Program-made: the position numbers and the translations under genes
Shown: piece by piece, positions 29,080 through 38,571 of the stretch
Layout: the number at the start of each line of letters is the position of its first letter
How positions within the stretch are numbered: position 1 is the first letter of the stretch
Notes under the pieces: model-generated
What the model was told of the DNA's origin: nothing
Databases searched by the model: none
What the model saw: only the letters and a program-made list of their open reading frames with translations
DNA from: Deltaproteobacteria bacterium
Lineage (GTDB): Bacteria > Desulfobacterota > Dissulfuribacteria > Dissulfuribacterales > DYLC01
Assembly (NCBI GenBank): GCA_028695735.1
Contig: JAQVIJ010000001.1
Coordinates: 582,447-646,446, forward strand
DNA: 64,000 bases
Direction of reading: 5' to 3'

Positions 29080-29481
29080 ATGTCTGAACGAAGAACCACA
29101 AAAAGATATCCCATACATCTGCGCGTATATTTCCCTGAGTATAATCTTTGGGGCTACACTCGTGATATCTCCAGGGACGGCTGCTGTATTCTTTCATCGA
29201 AGCCCCTTGCCGAGGGTATTGTCACCGATTTCTTGCTGGAATTGCCCATAATCGGCGCCATTCCCCTTCAATGTTACATTCAACACCAGCAGGAGGGTGC
29301 AGGCGACCTGGGGGTGCAGTTTGTGCATGTCCGGTTCTCGCAGGAACAGGCCGCCTATTATGAGCTGTACCGGAGCTTCTTCGCCCTGATACCAGCCATG
29401 GAGCAGATTCGGCATTATTATCTCGATCTGGTTGAAAAAGGCAAGATAAAATATCACGAACTTCCCAAAGAGGGGCCGTGA
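29080..29481 (+). CDS. PilZ-domain protein
   Basis: 133 aa. N-terminal RRxxxR-like motif (ERRTTKRYPI) and D-x-S-x-x-G (DISRDGCCI). Confidence 0.65.
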   Translation: MSERRTTKRYPIHLRVYFPEYNLWGYTRDISRDGCCILSSKPLAEGIVTDFLLELPIIGAIPLQCYIQHQQEGAGDLGVQFVHVRFSQEQAAYYELYRSFFALIPAMEQIRHYYLDLVEKGKIKYHELPKEGP

Positions 29482-29538
29482 AAAATTAGAATCTTCATTC
29501 GAGAACAAGGCGCGATGAAAGGCTGAAGATGTGCTGAA

Positions 29539-31092
29539 TCACGACCTCAACCTTATTACCTCAAAACGATATGTCTCATGGTCTGCATGAGAATTATGTT
29601 GTCCCGTGCCGCCTTTGTCTTCATGTCTTTCCCTCAAAGCGAGCATGGCGGGCCCTCGCACCAGAATCATAAACTCCCCTTTCAATGCATGTTGTTTCAC
29701 CAGTTGCTGCGCATAATCCGGCCAATTTTCCGGCAGTTTCTTCAGATAAAAAGGGGCTGCACCCCATGAGAAGAGCAGGTGTCGGCATATCTGTGCCGAG
29801 TCTGTAAATGCCGCCAGCCATACCGGCAGCCTGAGACGGGAGATGCGTCTCACCGTAGTGCCGCTTTGCGTCGGTATCATCACAACGGCTACCTGTAGAT
29901 GTGCCACCGCATTTTTAACGCTGGTGGAGATGATATCCTTCACGGCTGTGGTAGGGGCAATCCCCCGTGCCTGTCCATCAGAATAGTAGGCAGAATGGCA
30001 GGCCGATGTGCCTGCCCCTGCGTGCATCAAAAATCCCTTTTCTGTGGCCGTGGCTATGGCGGTCATCATCTTCACCGCCTCCACCGGGTATTCTCCTATG
30101 GCGGTTTCCTCTGAAAGCATGACACAGTCTGCGCCGTCCAGAATGGCGTTTGCCACATCAGTGGCCTCAGCCCGTGTGGGCCGTCGGTTGTGCAGCATGG
30201 ACTCTAACATCTGTGTGGCCAGGATTACGGGTTTTCCTGCCTCATTTGCCTTTGCTATGAGCCTTTTTTGCACCATGGCCATTTCTTCTATGGGTGTTTC
30301 CACTCCCAGGTCACCTCGGGCCACCATTATGCCGTCCGCCTTTTCGAGGATGTCTTCTATGTCAGCCACAGCCTGCATTCGTTCTATCTTGGCTATAATG
30401 AAGGGGTCATAGCCGAGGCCAGTTAGAATGCCTTGCAATTCATGAATGTCTTTTGCATTCTGGACGAAAGACAGGCTGACGGCATCCACTGCGTGCTGAG
30501 CGGCAAAGTCTATGGCCTCGCGATCCCTGTCTGTAATGGCGCTGATGTCCATATCCACGCCGGGCAGATTTACCCCCTTATGAGACATTAGAACGCCTCC
30601 AACCAGGACCTTGCAGTGAATTAGAGGGGGCTGCACATCTCTTACCGCCAATTGAACCATGCCGTCGTTGATGTAGATGATGTGATCTGGTTTTAATGCC
30701 TTCATGAAGAGGTCAGCGGCGTTTCCCTGATTGTTTCGTGTGCGGGCATTGATTTGAATGGGCAGGCAGGGTTCAGGCGGCGTTGGTTCGATGCTCATGC
30801 ATATCTCGTCATTGGCATGCACTATGAGGGGTTCCTGAGTCAGTCTGCCCAGTCGTATCTTGGGGCCCGGCAGGTCCAGGAGTATGGCCACATTTCTTTG
30901 AAGCTCATGGGCAGCGTGCCGGATGTGCCTTACAATAGCGGCATGGTCTTCAAATGAGCCGTGGGCGAAGTTCAGCCGGGCTATGGTCATGCCTGCCTCA
31001 ATGAGCTGTTTCAGGGCGTCGAATGAACTGGAGGCAGGGCCTATGGTGCATACGATTTTTGTCTTGGGATAGTTGAACATGTGCATAGACAT
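29539..31092 (-). CDS. pyk: Pyruvate kinase
   Basis: KTKIVCTIGPAS, ARLNFAHG, MVARGDLGVE and ATQMLESM motifs. I chose the ATG at 31092 (GAGG 9 nt upstream); 31086 and 31080 are alternative starts. Confidence 0.9.
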   Translation of the reverse strand: MSMHMFNYPKTKIVCTIGPASSSFDALKQLIEAGMTIARLNFAHGSFEDHAAIVRHIRHAAHELQRNVAILLDLPGPKIRLGRLTQEPLIVHANDEICMSIEPTPPEPCLPIQINARTRNNQGNAADLFMKALKPDHIIYINDGMVQLAVRDVQPPLIHCKVLVGGVLMSHKGVNLPGVDMDISAITDRDREAIDFAAQHAVDAVSLSFVQNAKDIHELQGILTGLGYDPFIIAKIERMQAVADIEDILEKADGIMVARGDLGVETPIEEMAMVQKRLIAKANEAGKPVILATQMLESMLHNRRPTRAEATDVANAILDGADCVMLSEETAIGEYPVEAVKMMTAIATATEKGFLMHAGAGTSACHSAYYSDGQARGIAPTTAVKDIISTSVKNAVAHLQVAVVMIPTQSGTTVRRISRLRLPVWLAAFTDSAQICRHLLFSWGAAPFYLKKLPENWPDYAQQLVKQHALKGEFMILVRGPAMLALRERHEDKGGTGQHNSHADHETYRFEVIRLRS

Positions 31093-31174
31093 CACTTGAT
31101 ACCTCACTTTATACTTGACCTTGTCCTTGTTTCCCAATAAGTTGAACACGAAAAGAAGTTGACTACAATCATAA

Positions 31175-32476
<1,302 letters not shown>

Positions 32477-32536
32477 TCACAATGAGATGGAGTAGAGGTA
32501 TGTGCAGACATGCCTCTACTGATGTGGAGGATCCAT

Positions 32537-33058
32537 ATGCAGAAGGATTGGCAGAGATGCGTGGAGTTTCATGGCCATGCCTGTCCTGGTTTGGCCATAG
32601 GTTTTAGGGCTTGCGAGGCGGCGAAACAGGCCATGGACATCCATTTTTCTCAGGATGAGGAGCTGGTCTGTGTAACGGAAAACGATGCCTGCGGCGTGGA
32701 TGCGGTGCAGGTGTTGACCGGCTGTACCTTCGGTAAGGGTAATCTCATTTATCGGGATGTGGGCAAGATGGCATTTACCTTCTTTGAACGGCATTCAGGC
32801 AAGGGTGTGCGGGTGGTGTTCAAGGGTGCCGTTCCCGAGGGCATGGATCGCAATAAATGGCAGGGACATATACTGACAGCGCCGATTCCTGAGTTGTTTC
32901 AAGTGACTGAGCCCAGATGTGAGCTGCCGCCAAAGGCCCGTATCGTTAAATCCGTAGAGTGCGCCTGCTGCAATGAGCGTACGATGGAGCACAAGACAAG
33001 ATTGCATGACGGAAAACCCTATTGCTCCGATTGCTTTGAGGGTGCCTTGAAAAAATAA
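32537..33058 (+). CDS. FmdE-family protein with a C-terminal zinc-ribbon
   Basis: FHGHACPGLAIGFR motif and ACGVDAVQVLTGCTFGKGNL. The C-terminal CxxC...CxxC is CACCNE...CSDC. The ATG at 32537 has GGAGG 6 nt upstream; 32510 is an alternative start. Confidence 0.75.
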   Translation: MQKDWQRCVEFHGHACPGLAIGFRACEAAKQAMDIHFSQDEELVCVTENDACGVDAVQVLTGCTFGKGNLIYRDVGKMAFTFFERHSGKGVRVVFKGAVPEGMDRNKWQGHILTAPIPELFQVTEPRCELPPKARIVKSVECACCNERTMEHKTRLHDGKPYCSDCFEGALKK

Positions 33059-33086
33059 TCCATTACCGTCTTACATAGAGATTCCC

Positions 33087-33479
33087 TTACGATGTCTTGC
33101 GTCTGACCTTCACTCGCTCCACAATTTTTCGGTAGTAAACCTGGTCTGTCTCCAGAGAGACCTTGGTGCGGCGCAGCATGTTCATTTTTGTGATAAGCAG
33201 ATTGAGTTTGTTGATCTGGCGGTAGCGTTCTTCCTCTGTGGAAAGATGTTCTATCATGTCCATGGTGGTGCGAATCTCTCTGGCTGTCTCCAGCTCGGGA
33301 GGCAGATAACCGGCGTTTTTGAGGATCTTGTAGGCCATGCGCAGGTCAGGCGGCACAAAGGAATCGTCTTCGTATTCAATGGGACGGCCCTTGCCTTGTA
33401 GATTGTCGAACTCCCCGCGTTGCATGGCCTCCTGAATGCGCTGCTCCGCGATGTATTCCAGAAAATTCAGGTTACTCAT
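33087..33479 (-). CDS. DUF1992 (YhdN/DnaJC28-like) protein
   Basis: I trimmed the start to ATG 33479. The motif is AEQRIQEAMQRGEFDNLQGKGRPI. Confidence 0.75.
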   Translation of the reverse strand: MSNLNFLEYIAEQRIQEAMQRGEFDNLQGKGRPIEYEDDSFVPPDLRMAYKILKNAGYLPPELETAREIRTTMDMIEHLSTEEERYRQINKLNLLITKMNMLRRTKVSLETDQVYYRKIVERVKVRRKTS

Positions 33480-33510
33480 AAAATCATTATGGGGTTCGGC
33501 AGGCCTACTG

Positions 33511-34869
33511 TCAAGGCAGCAGGCTGTCTTCCGCCTTGCCCTCACGTTTTTCTTTCCATCTCACAGGAAAGGTGCAGGTTACACAGGTGCCTTTGCCCGT
33601 CTCGCTTTCAATGGAGATATCCCCCTGGTGTTCTTCCAGTATCTCTTTGACCAGAAAAAGACCAAGCCCTGTGCCGCTGGGCTTGGTGGTGACAGGCATT
33701 GTAAAGAGTTTTTCTTTTATGCCTGGGGGAATGCCCGGACCCTGGTCGCAGATGATGACAGACGGCCTTCCCTCCTGACGCAGCAGTTTGATTTGAATGG
33801 CGCTGTGTGCAGGCGATGCCTCCAGCGCATTTCTGAGAATGTGAATAAACGCTGTTTTCAGGACTCGTTTGTTGGCCATGATCTCCAGGGGTTCCTGTGA
33901 AATGTCTATAGCAAATTTTATGTCTTTTTTGGCCAGACCTGGCCGCCATGTGTCCACGACCTCAGTGATGATGTTTTTGAGGTCTTCTTTTGTGAACGAA
34001 CGAATCTCTTTTGAGGCCAACTCCTCGAAGTTCTTTACGAAATCAGAGAGTTCCTGAATGGCCTTCTGGATTACTTCAAGTTTTTGGCGGGTATTTTCCG
34101 TTAATGCAGGGTCCTTTCTCAAAATAGTGGAGATGAGGCCTCCTGTCACCATCACAGGATTTCGAATGCGATCTGCGATGCGCAGTGCCATCTGTATGGT
34201 GGAGTGCTCTCTGGCCATCGCCTCCATGTCCTGACTCAGTTGCAGAAGCTCTGCGTTCATTCGGTCCAGCTGGTGGTTTTGCAGACTGGTCTGCTCCAGC
34301 AGCCGCAGCACCTCTTCATGTTTGAGCCGAAGATTTTCCAGATATGACTCTTCCGTGTCTCGAAAGAGTTCGTTTCTGAAGGAGGCCTCTTTTTTTTGGA
34401 TTTCGTCCCACGACTTCTGAATGCCCCATTTGACGGCCCTGATTTCAAGCGGGCTGTCGGCTGTTCCACCGGTTATATCGACCTCATCCAGCACCCTCTT
34501 CAGCCTGTTGATGATAGGCGTCTTTTTTAGTTCCGCCATGTCGGAAGGACATGTATCGCCGTCCGGATTGGCGGCATTGCACAGCCTTTCGCTGCGAAAG
34601 AGGAGTTCGATGCCGCTCTGTTCCTGCGTGCCCTGCATATTGTTTTTTGGATGTTCCTTGCAGCAGAGGATACCCAGCGTGACTGTGCCGGTCCCGGACA
34701 TGTGGACCATCCAGCGGGTCATCTCGGATGCGGATACAGCCACCTGTGTGGTGGCGATACGGTTCAAACCACATATATGGCACAGCAGCTTGCTCTTCAT
34801 GCGCACCTTTGGAATATCCCCCGGTCTTTTTACCACCAGGGTTAGCACATGCAGCCGGTTTATAGCCAT
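33511..34869 (-). CDS. Histidine-kinase-like ATPase with a degenerate H-box (His replaced by Asp) and a Cys-rich N-terminal domain
   Basis: 452 aa. The HATPase_c domain is complete: N box (ILRNALEAS), G1 (DQGPGI), G2 (GTGLGL). The DHp H-box reads ADRIRNPV, whereas the canonical kinase at 50317 reads AHEIRNPL. The start overlaps the upstream gene by 10 nt. Confidence 0.7.
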   Translation of the reverse strand: MAINRLHVLTLVVKRPGDIPKVRMKSKLLCHICGLNRIATTQVAVSASEMTRWMVHMSGTGTVTLGILCCKEHPKNNMQGTQEQSGIELLFRSERLCNAANPDGDTCPSDMAELKKTPIINRLKRVLDEVDITGGTADSPLEIRAVKWGIQKSWDEIQKKEASFRNELFRDTEESYLENLRLKHEEVLRLLEQTSLQNHQLDRMNAELLQLSQDMEAMAREHSTIQMALRIADRIRNPVMVTGGLISTILRKDPALTENTRQKLEVIQKAIQELSDFVKNFEELASKEIRSFTKEDLKNIITEVVDTWRPGLAKKDIKFAIDISQEPLEIMANKRVLKTAFIHILRNALEASPAHSAIQIKLLRQEGRPSVIICDQGPGIPPGIKEKLFTMPVTTKPSGTGLGLFLVKEILEEHQGDISIESETGKGTCVTCTFPVRWKEKREGKAEDSLLP

Positions 34870-36023
34870 CTCAGCACCGCCAGTGAGGAGTCGTCCATGG
34901 GTGTGTTTTTTGGCTGAAACAGGATCTGTGACCAGATGGCGGCGGATGCGCGGTTTGACAGATAATCCGTCAGGTCCGGTGGGTGAAGCACGCCGTCTGA
35001 GTGCATCACGATCAGGAGGTCTTCTGCGATGTCGTTGATGGAAGCCATCTGAATGGGATGTTGGCCGGGGGGTGTGTGCATGTTGCCCACCAGCCCTGGC
35101 CGAGGGACAACAATATGGCCCTTACCGGCAGAATAGATGGTGCATGCTGCGTTTCCCACGCCTACGGCCAGTATCTTTTTCAATCTGTAATCTATGGATA
35201 GCACTTGCACGGATGCCCCGTTTGAACCGGACAATGCTGCATTCAGTGCCTCAATGACCTGATCTGGTTCGTGGCTCACCGGCAGGTCTTCCAGCAGCCG
35301 GGCTGCGTCACGGGCTATGATGGCTGCGGTTTCTCCGTGGCCTGTGGCGTCTATGAGGGCCATACGGCAGAAAGAGCCGTCGTCTTGCAGGCATATTGTG
35401 TCTCCGGATTGGGTCTGACCAGGGCAGGGCCGAACAAGGCCAGAGACATGCAGCGACGGGCCTTTTGGTTTGTTGAATATGTCCGAGGGTTGTTCTTCAA
35501 TTGTGGCGGAGACTATCGTGGTATAGTTTTTATAAACAGGCGGGCGAGGACATGGCGAGAGCCCGAATTGCATGGAACAGATATGGAGCCGGTTTGACAG
35601 GCGTTTCACTGTGCCAAGGCCTATTCCCAGGCCTCCGGAGGTGCTGAAGCCATCTTCCAGGGCCTTTTCCACATTGGGAATGCCTGGCCCTTCATCAAGG
35701 CTCGCTATGGTTATGACAGGAATGCCATTCAGGTACATGCCGCTCATGCGTATCATGCCGTTTTGTGTGGCATGTGCCAGGTGGTTCTGGGCCAGCTCGC
35801 TGGCTATGAGGATTGTTTTCTGTCTGCGGGCAGGAGATGCAAAAAGCTGTCCAGCGGCTATACCCGCAAGCTGTCTGGCTATGGCCACATCCTTGGGCGT
35901 GCTTACAGGAATTTCAGACCATACGAAAGGCAGGCCGTTTTCCAACTGCTGCCCTTTGCGGCCTTCAGGCACATGGTCTGCGTCTATTCTGTCTGTTGTG
36001 ATGTTTGTCATGGCGACAGCCAT
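34860..36023 (-). CDS. Fused RsbT/HATPase-like domain and PP2C (SpoIIE/RsbX-type) phosphatase
   Basis: 387 aa. The N-terminal half has ELAQNHLAHA...DEGPGI...GLGIGLG. The C-terminal half has PPM motifs SGDTICL..., DATGHGETAA and MHSDGV. Confidence 0.7.
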   Translation of the reverse strand: MAVAMTNITTDRIDADHVPEGRKGQQLENGLPFVWSEIPVSTPKDVAIARQLAGIAAGQLFASPARRQKTILIASELAQNHLAHATQNGMIRMSGMYLNGIPVITIASLDEGPGIPNVEKALEDGFSTSGGLGIGLGTVKRLSNRLHICSMQFGLSPCPRPPVYKNYTTIVSATIEEQPSDIFNKPKGPSLHVSGLVRPCPGQTQSGDTICLQDDGSFCRMALIDATGHGETAAIIARDAARLLEDLPVSHEPDQVIEALNAALSGSNGASVQVLSIDYRLKKILAVGVGNAACTIYSAGKGHIVVPRPGLVGNMHTPPGQHPIQMASINDIAEDLLIVMHSDGVLHPPDLTDYLSNRASAAIWSQILFQPKNTPMDDSSLAVLRWL

Positions 36024-36436
36024 TTTATGACCTCGACTCGTGTGCCGTGTGGGAGCAGGTTGTCGATTTGAACCTTGTCAGATAGATTGGTGATGCCCGA
36101 AAGCCCCAGACCAAGCCCATTGTCCTCGGAAAATCCCGGCTGGCTGGCCTTTTTGATGTCAGCTATGCCTGGGCCTGAGTCGGTAGCCACTATCCTGAAA
36201 CCCAGCCTCCCTTCCTGTGTCAGCACCTCCAGGCAGATTTCGCCTCTGCCGGCGTGTCTCAGAATGTTTCCACCCAGTTCGTTTATGATGGTCAGCAGTT
36301 CGGTTGCCGGCTGTATGCGAATATGCAGGGAGTTGAAAAGGGCCCTGGCCTTTGTCCTGATCTTGCTGAGGCTGCTTGAAGGAGTGACGGCCGCGCATAT
36401 GCGTCGGCGGGCTGTGGTTGCGGCAGGGCTGTTCAT
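36008..36436 (-). CDS. RsbT-like anti-sigma regulatory Ser/Thr kinase (stressosome kinase)
   Basis: 142 aa. NELGGNILRHAG, TDSGPGI and GLGLGLSG (GHKL ATPase). Confidence 0.8.
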   Translation of the reverse strand: MNSPAATTARRRICAAVTPSSSLSKIRTKARALFNSLHIRIQPATELLTIINELGGNILRHAGRGEICLEVLTQEGRLGFRIVATDSGPGIADIKKASQPGFSEDNGLGLGLSGITNLSDKVQIDNLLPHGTRVEVIKWLSP

Positions 36437-36786
36437 CGCAATCTCGCAAGTGCCTGCTCCACATCCAGGGCAAACTCTACATTTTTGAGCCGAATGTTGA
36501 AATCTGTCAGTGTGAGGGCTACCGGTACCTGAATGCCTGCCACTACGACTCGCGACCTCAGCATGTGCAGAAAGGAGACAAGCTCTTCGATGTGTTCGGC
36601 AAGAAAGGTGTCCATGACCTCCACGTCGTGCATGTCTATAATTACCGCTCGGGTCTTGTTTTTTGAAACCTGTTTGCCAAGGTGATGGAGAAGGTGTTCT
36701 ATGCTCGAATCATCTATTTCTTCCTGAATAGAGACCAGCAGTATGTCTTCAAGGGAGAAGGTGGAAAAGGGCTCCATGCCGCTCAA
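36433..36786 (-). CDS. RsbS-like single STAS-domain protein
   Basis: 117 aa STAS fold. The phosphorylatable position reads IIDMHDVEVMDTF, with Thr where B. subtilis RsbS has Ser59. ATGA overlaps occur at both ends. Confidence 0.8.
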   Translation of the reverse strand: MSGMEPFSTFSLEDILLVSIQEEIDDSSIEHLLHHLGKQVSKNKTRAVIIDMHDVEVMDTFLAEHIEELVSFLHMLRSRVVVAGIQVPVALTLTDFNIRLKNVEFALDVEQALARLR

Positions 36787-37658
36787 TCCTTCAAAATGTC
36801 TCCATTTTTGAGGACATTCATGTCAGCCTTTCTTTTCTGTATCTCCATGAGGGCCAGGTGCAGGGCATCGCTCATGCGGCTGCGCACGGTTATGGTGGTC
36901 ATATTCACGCCAAGATGGGCCATGGTCAGGGCTATATGAGGCGAGATGCCGGTAAGAATGGCCTCGCTTCCCATGAGTCTCGTGGCGTCAACGGTCTGAA
37001 GGAGCCGGTTTGCCACCTCCGTATCCACAGTTGGAACACCGGTGATGTCGATTATGATAAATGGGGCCCTGGTCTTTTCTATGGTCTCCAGCAGGCGCTC
37101 CATGGCCATGCGCGCCCTATGGCTGTCCAGCGTGCCGATGAGCGGCAGGGCCAGCACACCTTCCCAGAGTTCTATTACCGGCGTGGAGAGTTCCAGCACC
37201 TCGTCTTGCAGGTGGCGGATATTCTCTTCCTGTCTGCGAAGGAGCTCCTCCTGTTGCTTTTGAATCAGTTGTTCCCGTTCAAGGCGTTCAGATATGTCAA
37301 CGAAGTGTTCCACACACCCAACAATCTTGCCCTCATGGTTTTTGAGGGGTCGGGCTGCATATTCTATGGGGATGTCCTTGCCGTTGTGGTGTAGAACCGT
37401 CTGGCCGTGGCACACCTCATCTGTTTCTGTTGCTATGAGACAGGCGCATTTCTCCGTGCCGCACATCTTGGTATCAAATATCTCATTGCATTTGCGGTCA
37501 AAGCACTCCCCTGGTGTCTTACCTACTATGGATGCCGCACTCTTGTTGAGGAGCAGAATGTTGTGTTCCAGATCGGTGACGAAGATGCCGGAGGGCACAG
37601 CGTTTATGATCTCGAACAGAAAGCCTTCGTCGTTTTTGTAATCACTGATGTTTTCCAT
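36783..37658 (-). CDS. RsbR-like PAS-STAS stressosome sensor
   Basis: 291 aa. N-terminal PAS domain with a Cys cluster (CFDRKCNEIFDTKMCGTEKCAC), a coiled linker, and a C-terminal RsbR-type STAS domain (STPVIELWEGVLALPLIGTLDS...IIDITGVPTVDT...ILTGISPHIA). Confidence 0.8.
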   Translation of the reverse strand: MENISDYKNDEGFLFEIINAVPSGIFVTDLEHNILLLNKSAASIVGKTPGECFDRKCNEIFDTKMCGTEKCACLIATETDEVCHGQTVLHHNGKDIPIEYAARPLKNHEGKIVGCVEHFVDISERLEREQLIQKQQEELLRRQEENIRHLQDEVLELSTPVIELWEGVLALPLIGTLDSHRARMAMERLLETIEKTRAPFIIIDITGVPTVDTEVANRLLQTVDATRLMGSEAILTGISPHIALTMAHLGVNMTTITVRSRMSDALHLALMEIQKRKADMNVLKNGDILKD

Positions 37659-37704
37659 AACAGCCTCTCCTTGATTTGATATAAGGGGGCCTAAACCATT
37701 CCTG

Positions 37705-37857
37705 TAACCCCACTCTGGCTTCCCTTATCAGGGTAGGGGATAACCCCACCCCGGCCCTCCCCTTGTCAGGGGAGGGGATAACCCCCCTTTTTCGTTACAT
37801 TCGTCACTGTACAAACTTCCCCCCTGATAAGGGGGGATTGAGGGGGGTTGTTTTTGA
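37705..37857. repeat. Composite G/C-tract hairpin repeat element, copy A
   Basis: Two tandem units of AACCCCAC..CCCTCCCCTTGTCAGGGGAGGGGATAACC, followed by CTTCCCCCCTGATAAGGGGGGATTGAGGGGGGTTGTTTTTGA. Near-identical modules occur at 54081-54267. Confidence 0.85.
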
Positions 37858-37875
37858 CTCATTGCTATTGAACCC

Positions 37876-38559
37876 TCATGCCGGTATGCCTATGGATAAT
37901 TTTTGGGCATCCATGCGCAATGTCCAGCCGATTGCAGCTGTTTTTACTGTAAGATATTTCTTGAGAAGCGAGGCCGGATAGACGGTTTCATAGGCCTGTT
38001 GAGCTGAGTTCGTTTTTTGTTCTTCCGTAAATGGTGAGCCATTCTGGCTGAATGTTATGGAGTATGCCGCAGGATTGTCTGTAATTGAGCAATCTATTGC
38101 AAAATTGCATGGTGTTTTTTGCCGCAGGCTTTCTATGCTCAATGCAATGCAGCTTCCCATGATCCCGCGCGCCGTCGCTTCTTGCGTTATGGTAAACACC
38201 TGTTTCTGAAACAGGTTGATTGTTTTATTTACCTTGTGTTTGAAAAATAAATCCGCATGCCAGAAAGTCAGTTCTTGTTCTATCATTTCATTCAGAATTA
38301 TCGGCTGGTCTTGCGTATTATTTGTGTCAGCATGATTTGCCATGCATTGTATCTGTTGTTGAAGTCTTGTTATGTTTGCTTGCAGATTGTCAATTTGCTG
38401 CTGATTGATGGATTTGATCTTATCTATCAATTCTGTCTGCATGGAGATTACCTGCAATGGACCATTTAGATTGTGGACAAGGCCTTTGATCAGCATGGCT
38501 GTTAATTGGGCTGGAAGATTGTCGAAAAGGTACTGGCATTCATCATTTGTGAGATTCAT
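37876..38559 (-). CDS. Hypothetical protein, distantly histidine-kinase-like (degenerate)
   Basis: 227-aa AT-rich ORF. It has an H-box-like GLVHNLNGPLQVI motif and a coiled region. No recognisable G1/G2 ATP-binding boxes. Confidence 0.4.
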   Translation of the reverse strand: MNLTNDECQYLFDNLPAQLTAMLIKGLVHNLNGPLQVISMQTELIDKIKSINQQQIDNLQANITRLQQQIQCMANHADTNNTQDQPIILNEMIEQELTFWHADLFFKHKVNKTINLFQKQVFTITQEATARGIMGSCIALSIESLRQKTPCNFAIDCSITDNPAAYSITFSQNGSPFTEEQKTNSAQQAYETVYPASLLKKYLTVKTAAIGWTLRMDAQKLSIGIPA

Positions 38560-38571
38560 AACCGGCCTCTA

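Noticed and set aside
37763-37981. 72-aa + strand ORF. Similar small ORFs occur at 60967..61182 (+) and 61053..61265 (-).
   Set aside because: They are translations of the G/C-tract and hairpin repeat elements, giving low-complexity peptides rich in P, G and L. They are not genes.
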